Assembly: GCF_001194135.2 (NCBI RefSeq)
Contig: NC_068987.1
Span: forward strand, 45,284,802-45,322,285
Reading direction: 5' to 3'
DNA from: Octopus bimaculoides
Lineage: Eukaryota
Length of the DNA: 37,484 bases
Below are positions 23,240-32,510 of this stretch, in pieces. How positions within the stretch are numbered: position 1 is the stretch's first letter; every line of letters begins with the position of its first letter. The notes under the pieces were generated by a model. That model was given only the letters and a program-made list of their open reading frames with translations, had not been told where the DNA came from and ran no database searches. A program made the position numbers and the translations under genes.

Positions 23240-23800
23240 TTGAACCACCATTATTTTAGTTTTCAGACTGACATCATGTTCATCCCTCATCCCACAAACA
23301 ATGAGAAAGTTTTCCAAAGGCATTTGTAGCCTTAGATATTCTAACATTGATATTTGCATCAAGAGTACTCTTAAAGTTTACTGTACTTCCAAGATATCTA
23401 ACTAACCAGACTCATTTGAGTGGCTTGTCAATCATCACATTTGAATCTTGAGTATGTTCTGCTCCAAGTAATAGTTCGAGTAAAGCATCAGTGTTCTCAA
23501 TGCTGATAGTCAGTTCAAATGTTGAAGCTGCTGCAGCAAACCAGTCGACCATTTCCTGAATTCCCTCAAATGTATGAGAAATCAGAGTGCAATCATCAGC
23601 AAACAGAAAGTCACATACAGTCTCTTCCTTGGTTTTTTTCTCTGATCTGAAACTTTGCCCAATTCCAGAAACTATGCACAAAAGAACAGAGTAGGGATCT
23701 CAGACTAAAACTCACCAACACTCAGATCCCTATACATCTCCTCTAAGAAAACAACACAGAAAAAACTGTATGAGATGAAAAATTCTTGATTGGCACCCCT
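23240..23800 (-). mobile_element. RTE (BovB-like) RT fragment
   Basis: KTKEETVCDFLFADDCTLISHTFEGIQEMVDWFAAAASTFELTISIENT (catalytic FADD), downstream NAFGKL..LW. Confidence 0.8.
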
Positions 23801-24059
23801 TTTTGATGTTGTTTCCTTGATTTCTTTAAGTATATGAACAATGAGACTACTTAGTGTGCTTACTCTTTCGTTTTATCTTCTCTCTAACCATTTTGCATCT
23901 TTCTCTTCTCCACTGTTTTCATCACTTTATTTATCTTCTTTACTGTTCGTAAAATTTTGTTCTATTTCTCACAGTTGAAATTGTCTTTGTAACAATTCAA
24001 TACAAGCTTATCTGCTTAATTTTTGACAATCTGTGTTATAGTACACATATTTAAACTTC

Positions 24060-24250
24060 TAAATCAGACAACTGTCTGAATATACAGACTGATTAATTAA
24101 ATTAACATATAAAATGATCAAGTCAAACGATACTATAAAACTGCCATTCTTACCATTTCTCTTGCATTTCCAAGAAAGACTCCTTACATCAATGAATTCA
24201 ATGTTTCCCATCAAATCATTCATATATCTATAAGTAGGCACATTCATCTG
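24060..24250 (-). mobile_element. Possible Penelope-like RT remnant
   Basis: VPTYRYMNDL...FIVSFDLIILYVNL resembles the PTY and VSFDV.SL.TN motifs of PLE RT. Short and very degenerate. Confidence 0.35.
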
Positions 24251-24510
24251 ATTTATATTTGCATTTATTTGTTTACCAGGCGTATGTCTAGATGATTATG
24301 GGTTTTTCACTTTATAATCTATATTATATAATTGACATAACAATCAATGCTGTCTTCCATGTTTACCAACTTATATGATTTGTCACCTATATGGTGTTGA
24401 AACAGCTGTAAACTGCGGAATATATGTGATATCAACAATTTCTTAATTTGTTTTATACATTTCTTCATTTGTTTTATACATTTATGTTTGTGTGTGCATG
24501 TGTGTACAAT

Positions 24511-24655
24511 GATCTTCTTTCAGTTTCCATCTAACAAATCCACTCACAAGACTTTGGTCAGCCCAGGGCTATAGTATGAAACAGTTGCCCAAGTTATTGT
24601 ACATGAAACAACATTGTTGCAAAGTAAACTTCTTAAGCACACAGCCATACCTGCA
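24511..24655 (-). mobile_element. SINE family A
   Basis: cttctttcagtttccatctaacaaatccactcacaagactttggtcagccc...cacacagccatacctgc. Confidence 0.75.
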
Positions 24656-25480
24656 ATTAGTCTGTTTTTGATTAAAAGAGGCCAATGTATAGTTAAAAGA
24701 AAGGCCATTAATGTAGCATAAGCCAGTCTAAAGACTCCGTCCCCAGTCTTGTGATACTGCTAATAACGAATATGTTGCTTATACTCAGCAGACAGGCATG
24801 AACATTGCATATTTTCATTCCTTATGTATAACTCTTTTGTACTTTGTAATTCTTTTTAATCTTTTATTCCAAATAAAATATTGATTTCTTACTTAGGCAA
24901 AATATCACAAATTCATAAATAAAGGAGAGTGTCTGAATTCATGCTTTTCTCAAAATCATTAGTGAAGTAAATAAAGTTGAATAAGTTTCAGAAATCAAAA
25001 TCAAGTCACAGACATCAGTTATTATATCCTATCTTGTGTTCAGCAATGTGTATCACATATAAATGTCTTATAAAAGCATTTAAGGTGATGGAGTGGCAAG
25101 GATGGTAGAGCAGCATTGTCATACGAGGACGTTTATTTGATTCCAGCCTACCGTAAAAATCATGATTAAGTTTGAGGACTAATTACCTTACTTGGAAAAA
25201 GGCAAGAGCATCCAGTCGGAAAAACTGTGCTTCAAAAGATTCCGTCTGATCCATGAAAGCATGTAGTTAAAGCAATGTACTAATATGTCTGATATATTAA
25301 ATAAACAACCAAGAAATTTTAAGTAAAATTACTCTTCTTGTAATGCAAACAATAATTTTCTTCAAGACGAAGGGAGACAACTTTGATATTTTAAATAAAA
25401 ATTAAATATGGTCTACAGCGTTGGTGAAATAATCACATATTCACATAAAAACTGAAATTGGATTGCAGAAATTGTAGTTG

Positions 25481-25706
25481 AGGCACAGACATAGCTGTGT
25501 GATTGTAAAGTTTGTTTCTCAACCTCATAGTGTGATTGTAAAGTTTGTTTCTCAACCTCATAGTGTGATTGTAAAGTTTGTTTCTCAACCTCATAGTTTT
25601 GGGTTCAGTTGCACTGCATGGCACCTTGGACAAGTGTCTTCTACTATAGTTTGGAGTCGACCAAAGCATTGTAAGGAGATTTGACAGACGAAACTAAAAA
25701 AACCTG
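25481..25706 (+). mobile_element. SINE family A with a triplicated 33-bp head segment
   Basis: Three exact copies of gtgtgattgtaaagtttgtttctcaacctcata (25497-25595) before gggttcagttgcactgcatggcaccttggacaag. Confidence 0.85.
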
Positions 25707-25854
25707 TATTACATGTGTGTGTGTGTGCACGCGCGCGTTTGCATGAAGATAGGTCTTTGTATCTGTACGTGTGAGCGTGCATCCTCTTGTCTTGAGATTA
25801 CATGATAGATGTAAACGAGCATAGATGCAGTGTCCTTCATTTCCGATCTTCTGC

Positions 25855-26015
25855 AGAAACATGTCCAGCCATATAAAAATATTACCTTACTTGGAAACAT
25901 GTGACAATTGGCGACAGGAAGGGTATCTGGCTGTAGAAAAATCTGCCTCAAAGAATTCCATCTGAACCATGCTAATGTGGAAAAGTGGACGTTAAAGCAA
26001 TGGTAATGATGATGA
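25855..26015 (+). mobile_element. RTE 3' tail remnant
   Basis: ggcgacaggaagggtatctggctgtagaaaa...catgctaatgtggaaaagtggacgttaaa..atgatgatg. Confidence 0.65.
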
Positions 26016-26202
26016 AGTATAGAGCACAGATGATTGTTTTTTATTATGTTCCAAAGTTGGAGATAAAAGAAGTATGTAATTAAGTAGGAGACTACTGAAA
26101 ATATATCACAAAGCAAATTGGCTTTGGTCAAATGTGAAATGATTGGTAACAAGGCATGAAAGAAATGAGTTATACCTTAAAATAAAGTCTTTGATTTATA
26201 TA

Positions 26203-26337
26203 GGCATGAGTGTGGCTGTGTAGTAAGAAGTTTGCCTTCCAACCTAATTGTTTTGGGTTTAGTGGTATATTGGATGTTTTCTACTTTAGCCCCAGGCTTT
26301 AGCGGATTTAAGAGATGGAAACTAAAAGAAGCCTGTC

Positions 26338-26372
<35 letters not shown>

Positions 26373-26840
26373 GCCATGATAGATCACTAGCCACTACAGA
26401 CATTTTTTTTCTCTCCTTGTTTCTTTCTGTGAAAGAGCATAGGCTCGAAACGTTAAAGACTTTTTCAATTCCTGAGCATTATACTAATACATCTGTTTGT
26501 TTTCTACACCACCTATCTTCATCTTTTGTTTTTTGTGAATTCTCCCTATGTGTGTATATATATATAGAGAGAGAGAGATAAATAGATATACATACATACA
26601 CACATATGTATGTGTGTGTACATATATATGTATGTGTATGTATGCATGTATGAATGGACGTGTGTGTGTCCCCTCCCTCTGCCACCACTTGCCAACTGGT
26701 CTTGGTTTGTTTATGTCACCGTAACTTAGTTTGGTAAAAGGACCCAATAGAATAAGTACCATGTTTAAAAAAAATGGGTGCTGAGTTGATTTATTCGATT
26801 AGGATACTTCAAAGCAGTATCCCAGAATAGTTACAGTCTA
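26203..26840 (+). mobile_element. SINE family A with a nested insertion in its (TA)n tract
   Basis: Head 26203-26340, (TA)n, insert 26371-26546, microsatellite, 3' module gtaacttagtttggtaaaaggacccaatagaataagtacc. Confidence 0.7.
26371..26546 (+). mobile_element. Penelope-like terminal-repeat fragment with a degenerate hammerhead-like motif
   Basis: tctttctgtgaaagagcataggctcgaaacgttaaagac: gagc-atag-gctc stem followed by GAAAC-GT, with tcttt/aaaga flanking pair; bounded by TA repeats. Confidence 0.45.
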
Positions 26841-27112
26841 ATGATTGAAATAAGTAAAAGGTAAGATTGGTATTAATGTAACTGCTCCTGGACTGGTATA
26901 AAGACCATTACAAGGTGGTAGTTTGGAGGTAGATTTTCAAATTTAAGTATTATAATTTTCTTTTCATAACATGGTTGTTGTTTTGAGTTAAGAATGTAAT
27001 CATGTTTTATCTAGTCAATCAGAACTAGGAATTTTAATAGAAAAAAATTTATTGATACTCAGACTTCATAATTTATGATATATATCTTGCAAACTAAATC
27101 CAAAAACGATAT

Positions 27113-27179
<67 letters not shown>

Positions 27180-27603
27180 NNNNNNNNNNNNNNNNNNNNN
27201 NNNNNNNNNNNNNNNNNNNNNNNNNNNNNNNNNNNNNNNNNNNNNNNNNNNNNNNNNNNNNNNNNNNNNNNNNNNNNNNNNNNNNNNNNNNNNNNNNNNN
27301 NNNNNNNNNNNNNNNNNNNNNNNNNNNNNNNNNNNNNNNNNNNNNNNNNNNNNNNNNNNNNNNNNNNNNNNNNNNNNNNNNNNNNNNNNNNNNNNNNNNN
27401 NNNNNNNNNNNNNNNNNNNNNNNNNNNNNNNNNNNNNNNNNNNNNNNNNNNNNNNNNNNNNNNNNNNNNNNNNNNNNNNNNNNNNNNNNNNNNNNNNNNN
27501 NNNNNNNNNNNNNNNNNNNNNNNNNNNNNNNNNNNNNNNNNNNNNNNNNNNNNNNNNNNNNNNNNNNNNNNNNNNNNNNNNNNNNNNNNNNNNNNNNNNN
27601 NNN

Positions 27604-27644
<41 letters not shown>

Positions 27645-27647
<3 letters not shown>

Positions 27648-27997
27648 TTTTACTGGTTTCAGTCATTTGATGGTGGCCATGCTGGAGCACCACCTTTTTA
27701 GTCAAACAACTAGACCCCAGAATTTATTCTTTGTAAGTCTAGTACTTATTCTATCAGTCTCTTCTTGCTGAACCACTAAATCATGGGGATATGACACACA
27801 CCATTGTCAAGCGATATTGGGGCACAAACACACACACACACACGGCAGGCTTCTTTCAGTTTCCATCTACCAAATCCACACACAAAGCTTTGGTTAGCTA
27901 TAGTAGTATACACTTACCCAATGTGCCACATGGTGGGGCTGAACCCAGAACCATGTAGTTGGTAAGCAAACTACTTACCACACAGCCACTCCTGCAT
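27645..27997 (-). mobile_element. Full-length SINE family A
   Basis: 3' end cttttactggtttcagtcatttga..ggccatgctggagcacc, 3' module, (CA)n middle, body, head ...cacacagccactcctgc. Confidence 0.85.
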
Positions 27998-28074
27998 ATA
28001 AAACTGTAGTTATAACAAAGAATGAATGCTAGCAATACCTAATTTTCGCCAAAATAATTAAAATTCTCAATGTT

Positions 28075-28320
28075 GACATGACCTTTCATCCTCAAGGATC
28101 AATAATCCTTTCTGTTATAGGGACATGACTTGAAATCCAGGGGAGGGGGATAGCTGATTACATTGACCTCAGTGTTTCACTGGTATTTAATTTTTTGAAC
28201 CTGAAAAGATGAAAGGCAAAGTCAACCTCAGCAGAATTTGAACTCAGAATGTAGCAATAGGTAAAATCCTGCTAAGCATTTCATCCAGCATGCTAACAGC
28301 TCTGCCAGCTTGCTGCCTTC
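28075..28320 (-). mobile_element. SINE family B
   Basis: Reverse complement reads gaaggcagcaagctggcagagctgttagcatgctggatgaaatgcttagc...gagttcaaattctgctgaggttgactttgcctttcatc. Confidence 0.8.
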
Positions 28321-28347
28321 CACATGGATCAATAATAAAACCAGTAA

Positions 28348-28553
28348 GGTGGTGAGCTGGCAGAATCATTAGCATGCTGGGTAAAATGCCTAGTGGCATT
28401 GCGTCCTTTTCTAAGTTTTGTGTTAAAATACTGCTGGGATCAACTTTGCTTTTCATTCTTTCGGGGTCAATAAAATAAGTTGAGCACTGGGGTTGGAGTA
28501 ATTGACTTACTCCGTCACTCGAAATTGCTGGCCTTGTACCAAAATTTGAAACT
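28348..28553 (+). mobile_element. SINE family B with a perfect TSD
   Basis: Flanked by aataataaaaccagtaa at 28331-28347 and 28554-28570 (17/17). Confidence 0.85.
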
Positions 28554-28609
28554 AATAATAAAACCAGTAATGAACTAGTGTCAGTTAAATTGATTTGAGT
28601 CCATGAAGA

Positions 28610-28750
28610 TGCGGTGACTAAGTGGTTATGATGTTTGGTTCACGATCATAATATTATGGGTTCAATTCCTGGATCAGGTGGTACATCATTTTCTTGAGCA
28701 AAACATTTCATTTTACATTGCTCCAATCTACTCAGCTGAGCATTAATACA
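28610..28750 (+). mobile_element. tRNA-derived SINE head, family E
   Basis: gtgactaagtgg (A-box-like), gggttcaattcc (B box), then cttgagcaaaacatttca...ttgctccaatctactcagctg. Confidence 0.6.
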
Positions 28751-28853
28751 GCTCTGTCACATCCTCTATGTCCTGCAAGATTAAAGAGTGAGAGAGAATC
28801 AAGAGGGTGCCTATGTCTGCATGTGATTACATAGGCACCTAAAACGATTAATA

Positions 28854-29173
28854 TAATGATTCCCAATGTGGGGCATATGCCCCACCAATGGGGTCTGGGA
28901 AAATTTTGGTGGGGCGTGGGATCCAAATTTTCTTCCTCATTTTTTTGTCAGTCATGAAACCGTGAAAATCCTTTTTCTTTTCTGAGTCAATAATGTGCTC
29001 TTCTTTTTTGTACTCAGTACTTAATAAAAGAGTTATTGGTAGATTCTTTTGTATTAAATAATTGTGATAAAATATTAAAAATAAAGTTGTTTTATTCCAA
29101 CCACTGGTGTCGCATACATTTTTCTGGAAAATTTATAGTGGGGCCTGGGGGAGAAATAGGTTGGAAAACACTG
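28854..29173. mobile_element. Possible hAT/Charlie-type MITE
   Basis: Right end ggttggaaaacactg, degenerate left end taatgattcccaa; 8-bp flanks gattaata and aattaatg (6/8). Confidence 0.35.
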
Positions 29174-29563
29174 AATTAATGAAAGCATGTTACATCAGGC
29201 TCCTTACTTCTCCCCATTATAAATGTTTAAGTCTTGTATCAATGCAAGAGATCAATAATTTTTTTTTAAAAGGAGGAGAAGGAATTCATAGCACATGCTA
29301 TAATAACTCAATTAACTTTTATGAATTTTATAAACTGTCACTTATTTTTGCCAGCATTGATCACCAATTCTTTTCTTTAGATCATAGGTTTGTATTTATT
29401 TATTTATTTACAAAAAAAAAACAAAAAACTGACAGACATAGGCATAGATGTGTGGTAAGAAGCTTGCTTCTGGTTACTGCGCATATGTTGATTCAGTTGT
29501 TGGTTTGTTTTTTTTTGAGAGTCAGACAGGATTTTTGTGCTGCTTGGCAGTGGTTTAGAAAAA

Positions 29564-30199
29564 ATGTATTCAGACGTTAGCAGATCTGAATTGTTTTCAG
29601 TGGAGGAGGAGCTGGTGAAGGCAGTGAGAAGAATGGACGGAATATTGGAGAGAACAAGAAGTTTTTCTGAGGGGGCAGAGGTGAAGAAAAAGGATGTAGA
29701 CCTGGCTGGACTAAAGGAATATGGAAAAATGACGCAGAAGGTCGGTGGCGACGTGAAGTTGTTACCACCTAAAAGAATCATGGAGCAAATGGAGAGGAAA
29801 ACTATCACCTATAGGATGCACTCGCTGAAGAACAAAAAGGCTGAACATGTGGAAGTGGAAATAATAGAAAAAGTGCTAAGGAAACAGTCGAACCAAATAA
29901 TGTATATAACCAAAGGATGTAAATNNNNNNNNNNCCTCCAAGCCACGGAAACGGAAGAAGGAGGATGGAGAGGGAAATCACTGGCTCTCATCCTGCAGAC
30001 GGAGGAGAAGCAGCTAGAGAGTCTAGCAGAGACAGTGATGTTGGGAGAAATTGTGTTAAGAGTGTGGGTGGAGAGCAGAGTCCCACATTGTTTTAAATGT
30101 GGCCAAAAGGGCCACATTAGAGCACACTGCCCTCTACAGAAGAAAACAATAGATGAAACAACAGACGAACCAGTTGTGGAGACGGAGGAGAAAAGATAG
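29564..30199 (+). CDS. Gag/ORF1-like protein with CCHC zinc knuckle (10-N gap inside, frame across the gap unverified)
   Basis: ATG at 29564; VWVESRVPHCFKCGQKGHIRAHCP is a CX2CX4HX4C knuckle; no stops on either side of the gap. Confidence 0.6.
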   Translation: MYSDVSRSELFSVEEELVKAVRRMDGILERTRSFSEGAEVKKKDVDLAGLKEYGKMTQKVGGDVKLLPPKRIMEQMERKTITYRMHSLKNKKAEHVEVEIIEKVLRKQSNQIMYITKGCKXXXXLQATETEEGGWRGKSLALILQTEEKQLESLAETVMLGEIVLRVWVESRVPHCFKCGQKGHIRAHCPLQKKTIDETTDEPVVETEEKR

Positions 30200-30890
30200 G
30201 AAGAAAAGAAAGACAGAGGAAAGGAGGAAGAATGGATAGTAACAGAGTAGAAGGAAGAAAAGAAAGAACACTGAGTGAGATGTGGTACCAACTCCATCCC
30301 ACCCAAGACCACTCAGACCCACCCGCCCTATACAGACATCAGACCCACTCACCCCCTTGCCCCACAGGAAAAAAGAGCAGACACCACAGAATTTAGAAGA
30401 CCCCTCCCCCGGTGGAAAAGGTTACGAAAGAGTGTTGTCATTGAGCGATAGTGGAAATAGAAGGACTAGACTAGAGACTAANNNNNNNNNNCCACATTGT
30501 TTTAAATGTGGCCAAAAGGGCCACATTAGAGCACACTGCCCTCTACAGAAGAAAACAATAGATGAAACAACAGACGAACCAGTTGTGGAGACGGAGGAGA
30601 AAAGATAGGAAGAAAAGAAAGACAGAGGAAAGGAGGAAGAATGGATAGTAACAGAGTAGAAGGAAGAAAAGAAAGAACACTGAGTGAGATGTGGTACCAA
30701 CTCCATCCCACCCAAGACCACTCAGACCCACCCGCCCTATACAGACATCAGACCCACTCACCCCCTTGCCCCACAGGAAAAAAGAGCAGACACCACAGAA
30801 TTTAGAAGACCCCTCCCCCGGTGGAAAAGGTTACGAAAGAGTGTTGTCATTGAGCGATAGTGGAAATAGAAGGACTAGACTAGAGACTAA
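30083..30890. repeat. Exact 399-bp direct duplication across a 10-N gap (30083-30481 = 30492-30890)
   Basis: Identical sequence at offset 409; ORF track entries also repeat at +409. Confidence 0.9.
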
Positions 30891-32171
30891 AGAGGAAGTA
30901 GGACTCAGAGGTAGCGAGTGGTGTTACTCAGTGTGGGGTGAGTAGCACACTCTTCATATTTTCATTTCCAGATATCATGCGTGTTATCATAACCTTAATT
31001 TATTTTCTCATGTTCATTTTCACGTCACTCAGAGTATCATATTTTATTTTTACATATTTTAAATTTTTATGTCCCCACATGTTTTGTAGTGTCCCCTCTA
31101 TGTTATGCCTTTATGGCAAAATATTGAAATAAAGAAGCTTGCTTCCCAACTACATATTTATGGGTTCAGTCCCACTGCGTAGCACCTTTCCTTGGGGAAG
31201 CGTTTTCTACTGTAACCTCGGGCCAACCAAAGCTTTGTGAGTGAATTTCGTAGACGGAAACTGAAAGAAGCTCATCTTGTATATATATATTTTTATTTTC
31301 ATACGTTGGCTACTGATAGAACCATTTTAATTATTATATCCTGAATTTATACACACACACGTGTGTATGTGTTTGTCCCCCACCACCGCTTGACAACCGG
31401 TGTCGGTGTTTGCGTCCTTGTAACTTAGCAGTTCGGCAACATAGACCAATAGAATAAGTATCAGGCTTTAAAAAATATATCTAGGATCGATTTGGCCGCA
31501 GTCAAATGACTAAAACAAAAGATATAATTCATGGGAGGTAACTCTTGGTTTATCTTCTCCACGGGACACAAACTTCAATGAAAAATCACCGGTTTGTGTC
31601 AGATAAAGCAGAAAACAATCAAGACTGCAACTTTTGATGGATATACTTTTGGAAAACTTGAAATGACACTCAACCAACATTAATGAATTCCTTTTCTGCT
31701 TTTATGTTTCTGTGATTGTGAATATATTTATTCCTACAAATTTATTTCGACAACAGAAACTCTGTTATTGCAATTAACCAATTAAATTGCTGTCACTGCA
31801 TAAACCAACCACCAATTCAGTATTTCGATATCCTTATTTTTTGTCTTACCTGTTACCTGCAGTTGGTAACATTCGAACTCGTGACTCTGCCACCGAAATA
31901 CCACTGAGATATTGTTACAGTAAATTTACATGAAGTAGAATACATGGAATACATTGTTTTTGTGTAACTACCGGAGAAATGTTTTTATGCATTACCCAAA
32001 CCATGTTTTGATAATCTTAAATTTTCATTGAAAAACAACACCGGTTCTTCCCCTAGTCTTCCTAGTCTTTGAGCTTTAAGAATTCCTTCCAACTGATTAT
32101 CTGCGTTTATATAATTCAAAATTAATTATTATTTGTTTGTCTGTAAAATCTCCTGAAAAAAAAAGGCAATT

Positions 32172-32510
32172 ATGTGTGTCGATTGTGTGAAGGAAGAATT
32201 TCCATGCCGAGATACAATGTGTTTGGAAGATGGTTCGTATTTGCTCAACTTCTCCCGATGTGCTCGATGTCAGGAACTTGGCAATCTCTCCATAGAAGAC
32301 AAGTACCGGTCCGAAGATGAAAGTGGGTTGGAATTAATTACATACCAGCATGTTTGTCCGAATTGTGGACATATCATTGCCAGCCATGAATATTCCTTCA
32401 CTGTTGAAGATGGTTATATGTTGTACACAATGTCTTGTGCGTTGTGTGGCGAAGCCGAAGATCAACGTTCGGTCTTACCTTATGATGATCGACAGAGATC
32501 GTTTTTCTAA
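32172..32510 (+). CDS. CHURC1: Churchill zinc-binding protein, single coding exon, 112 aa
   Basis: MCVDCVKEEFPCRDTMCLEDGSYLLNF..C..C...TYQHVCPNCGHIIASHEYSFTV....YTMSCALCGEAED..SVLP.D.RQ aligns by eye end to end with vertebrate Churchill ([27 protein letters not shown]...HVIARHEYTF...[24 protein letters not shown]). The Cys/His ligand pattern is retained; ATG to TAA is intact. Confidence 0.95.
   Translation: MCVDCVKEEFPCRDTMCLEDGSYLLNFSRCARCQELGNLSIEDKYRSEDESGLELITYQHVCPNCGHIIASHEYSFTVEDGYMLYTMSCALCGEAEDQRSVLPYDDRQRSFF

Larger units (their letters stand above)
29471..31131 (+). mobile_element. ORF1/Gag-only non-LTR retroelement (L1/Tx1-like), 14-bp TSD
   Basis: TSD aagaagcttgcttc at 29457-29470 and 31132-31145; CCHC ORF; AT-rich 3' UTR ending atgcctttatggcaaaatattgaaata. 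No RT visible. Confidence 0.7.
29441..31525 (+). mobile_element. SINE family A split by an inserted retroelement (SINE parts 29441-29470 and 31132-31525)
   Basis: ggcatagatgtgtggt-aagaagcttgcttc resumes at 31132 as aagaagcttgcttc-ccaactacat...gggttcagtcccactgcg, followed by the normal body and 3' module. Confidence 0.85.

Noticed and set aside
25497-25595. 33-bp direct repeats as a CRISPR array
   Set aside because: Head-to-tail with no spacers, inside a SINE, in a eukaryotic context with no cas genes.
28610-28680. tRNA genes (here and at other A/B-box motifs)
   Set aside because: No complete cloverleaf; each continues into a repeated SINE body.
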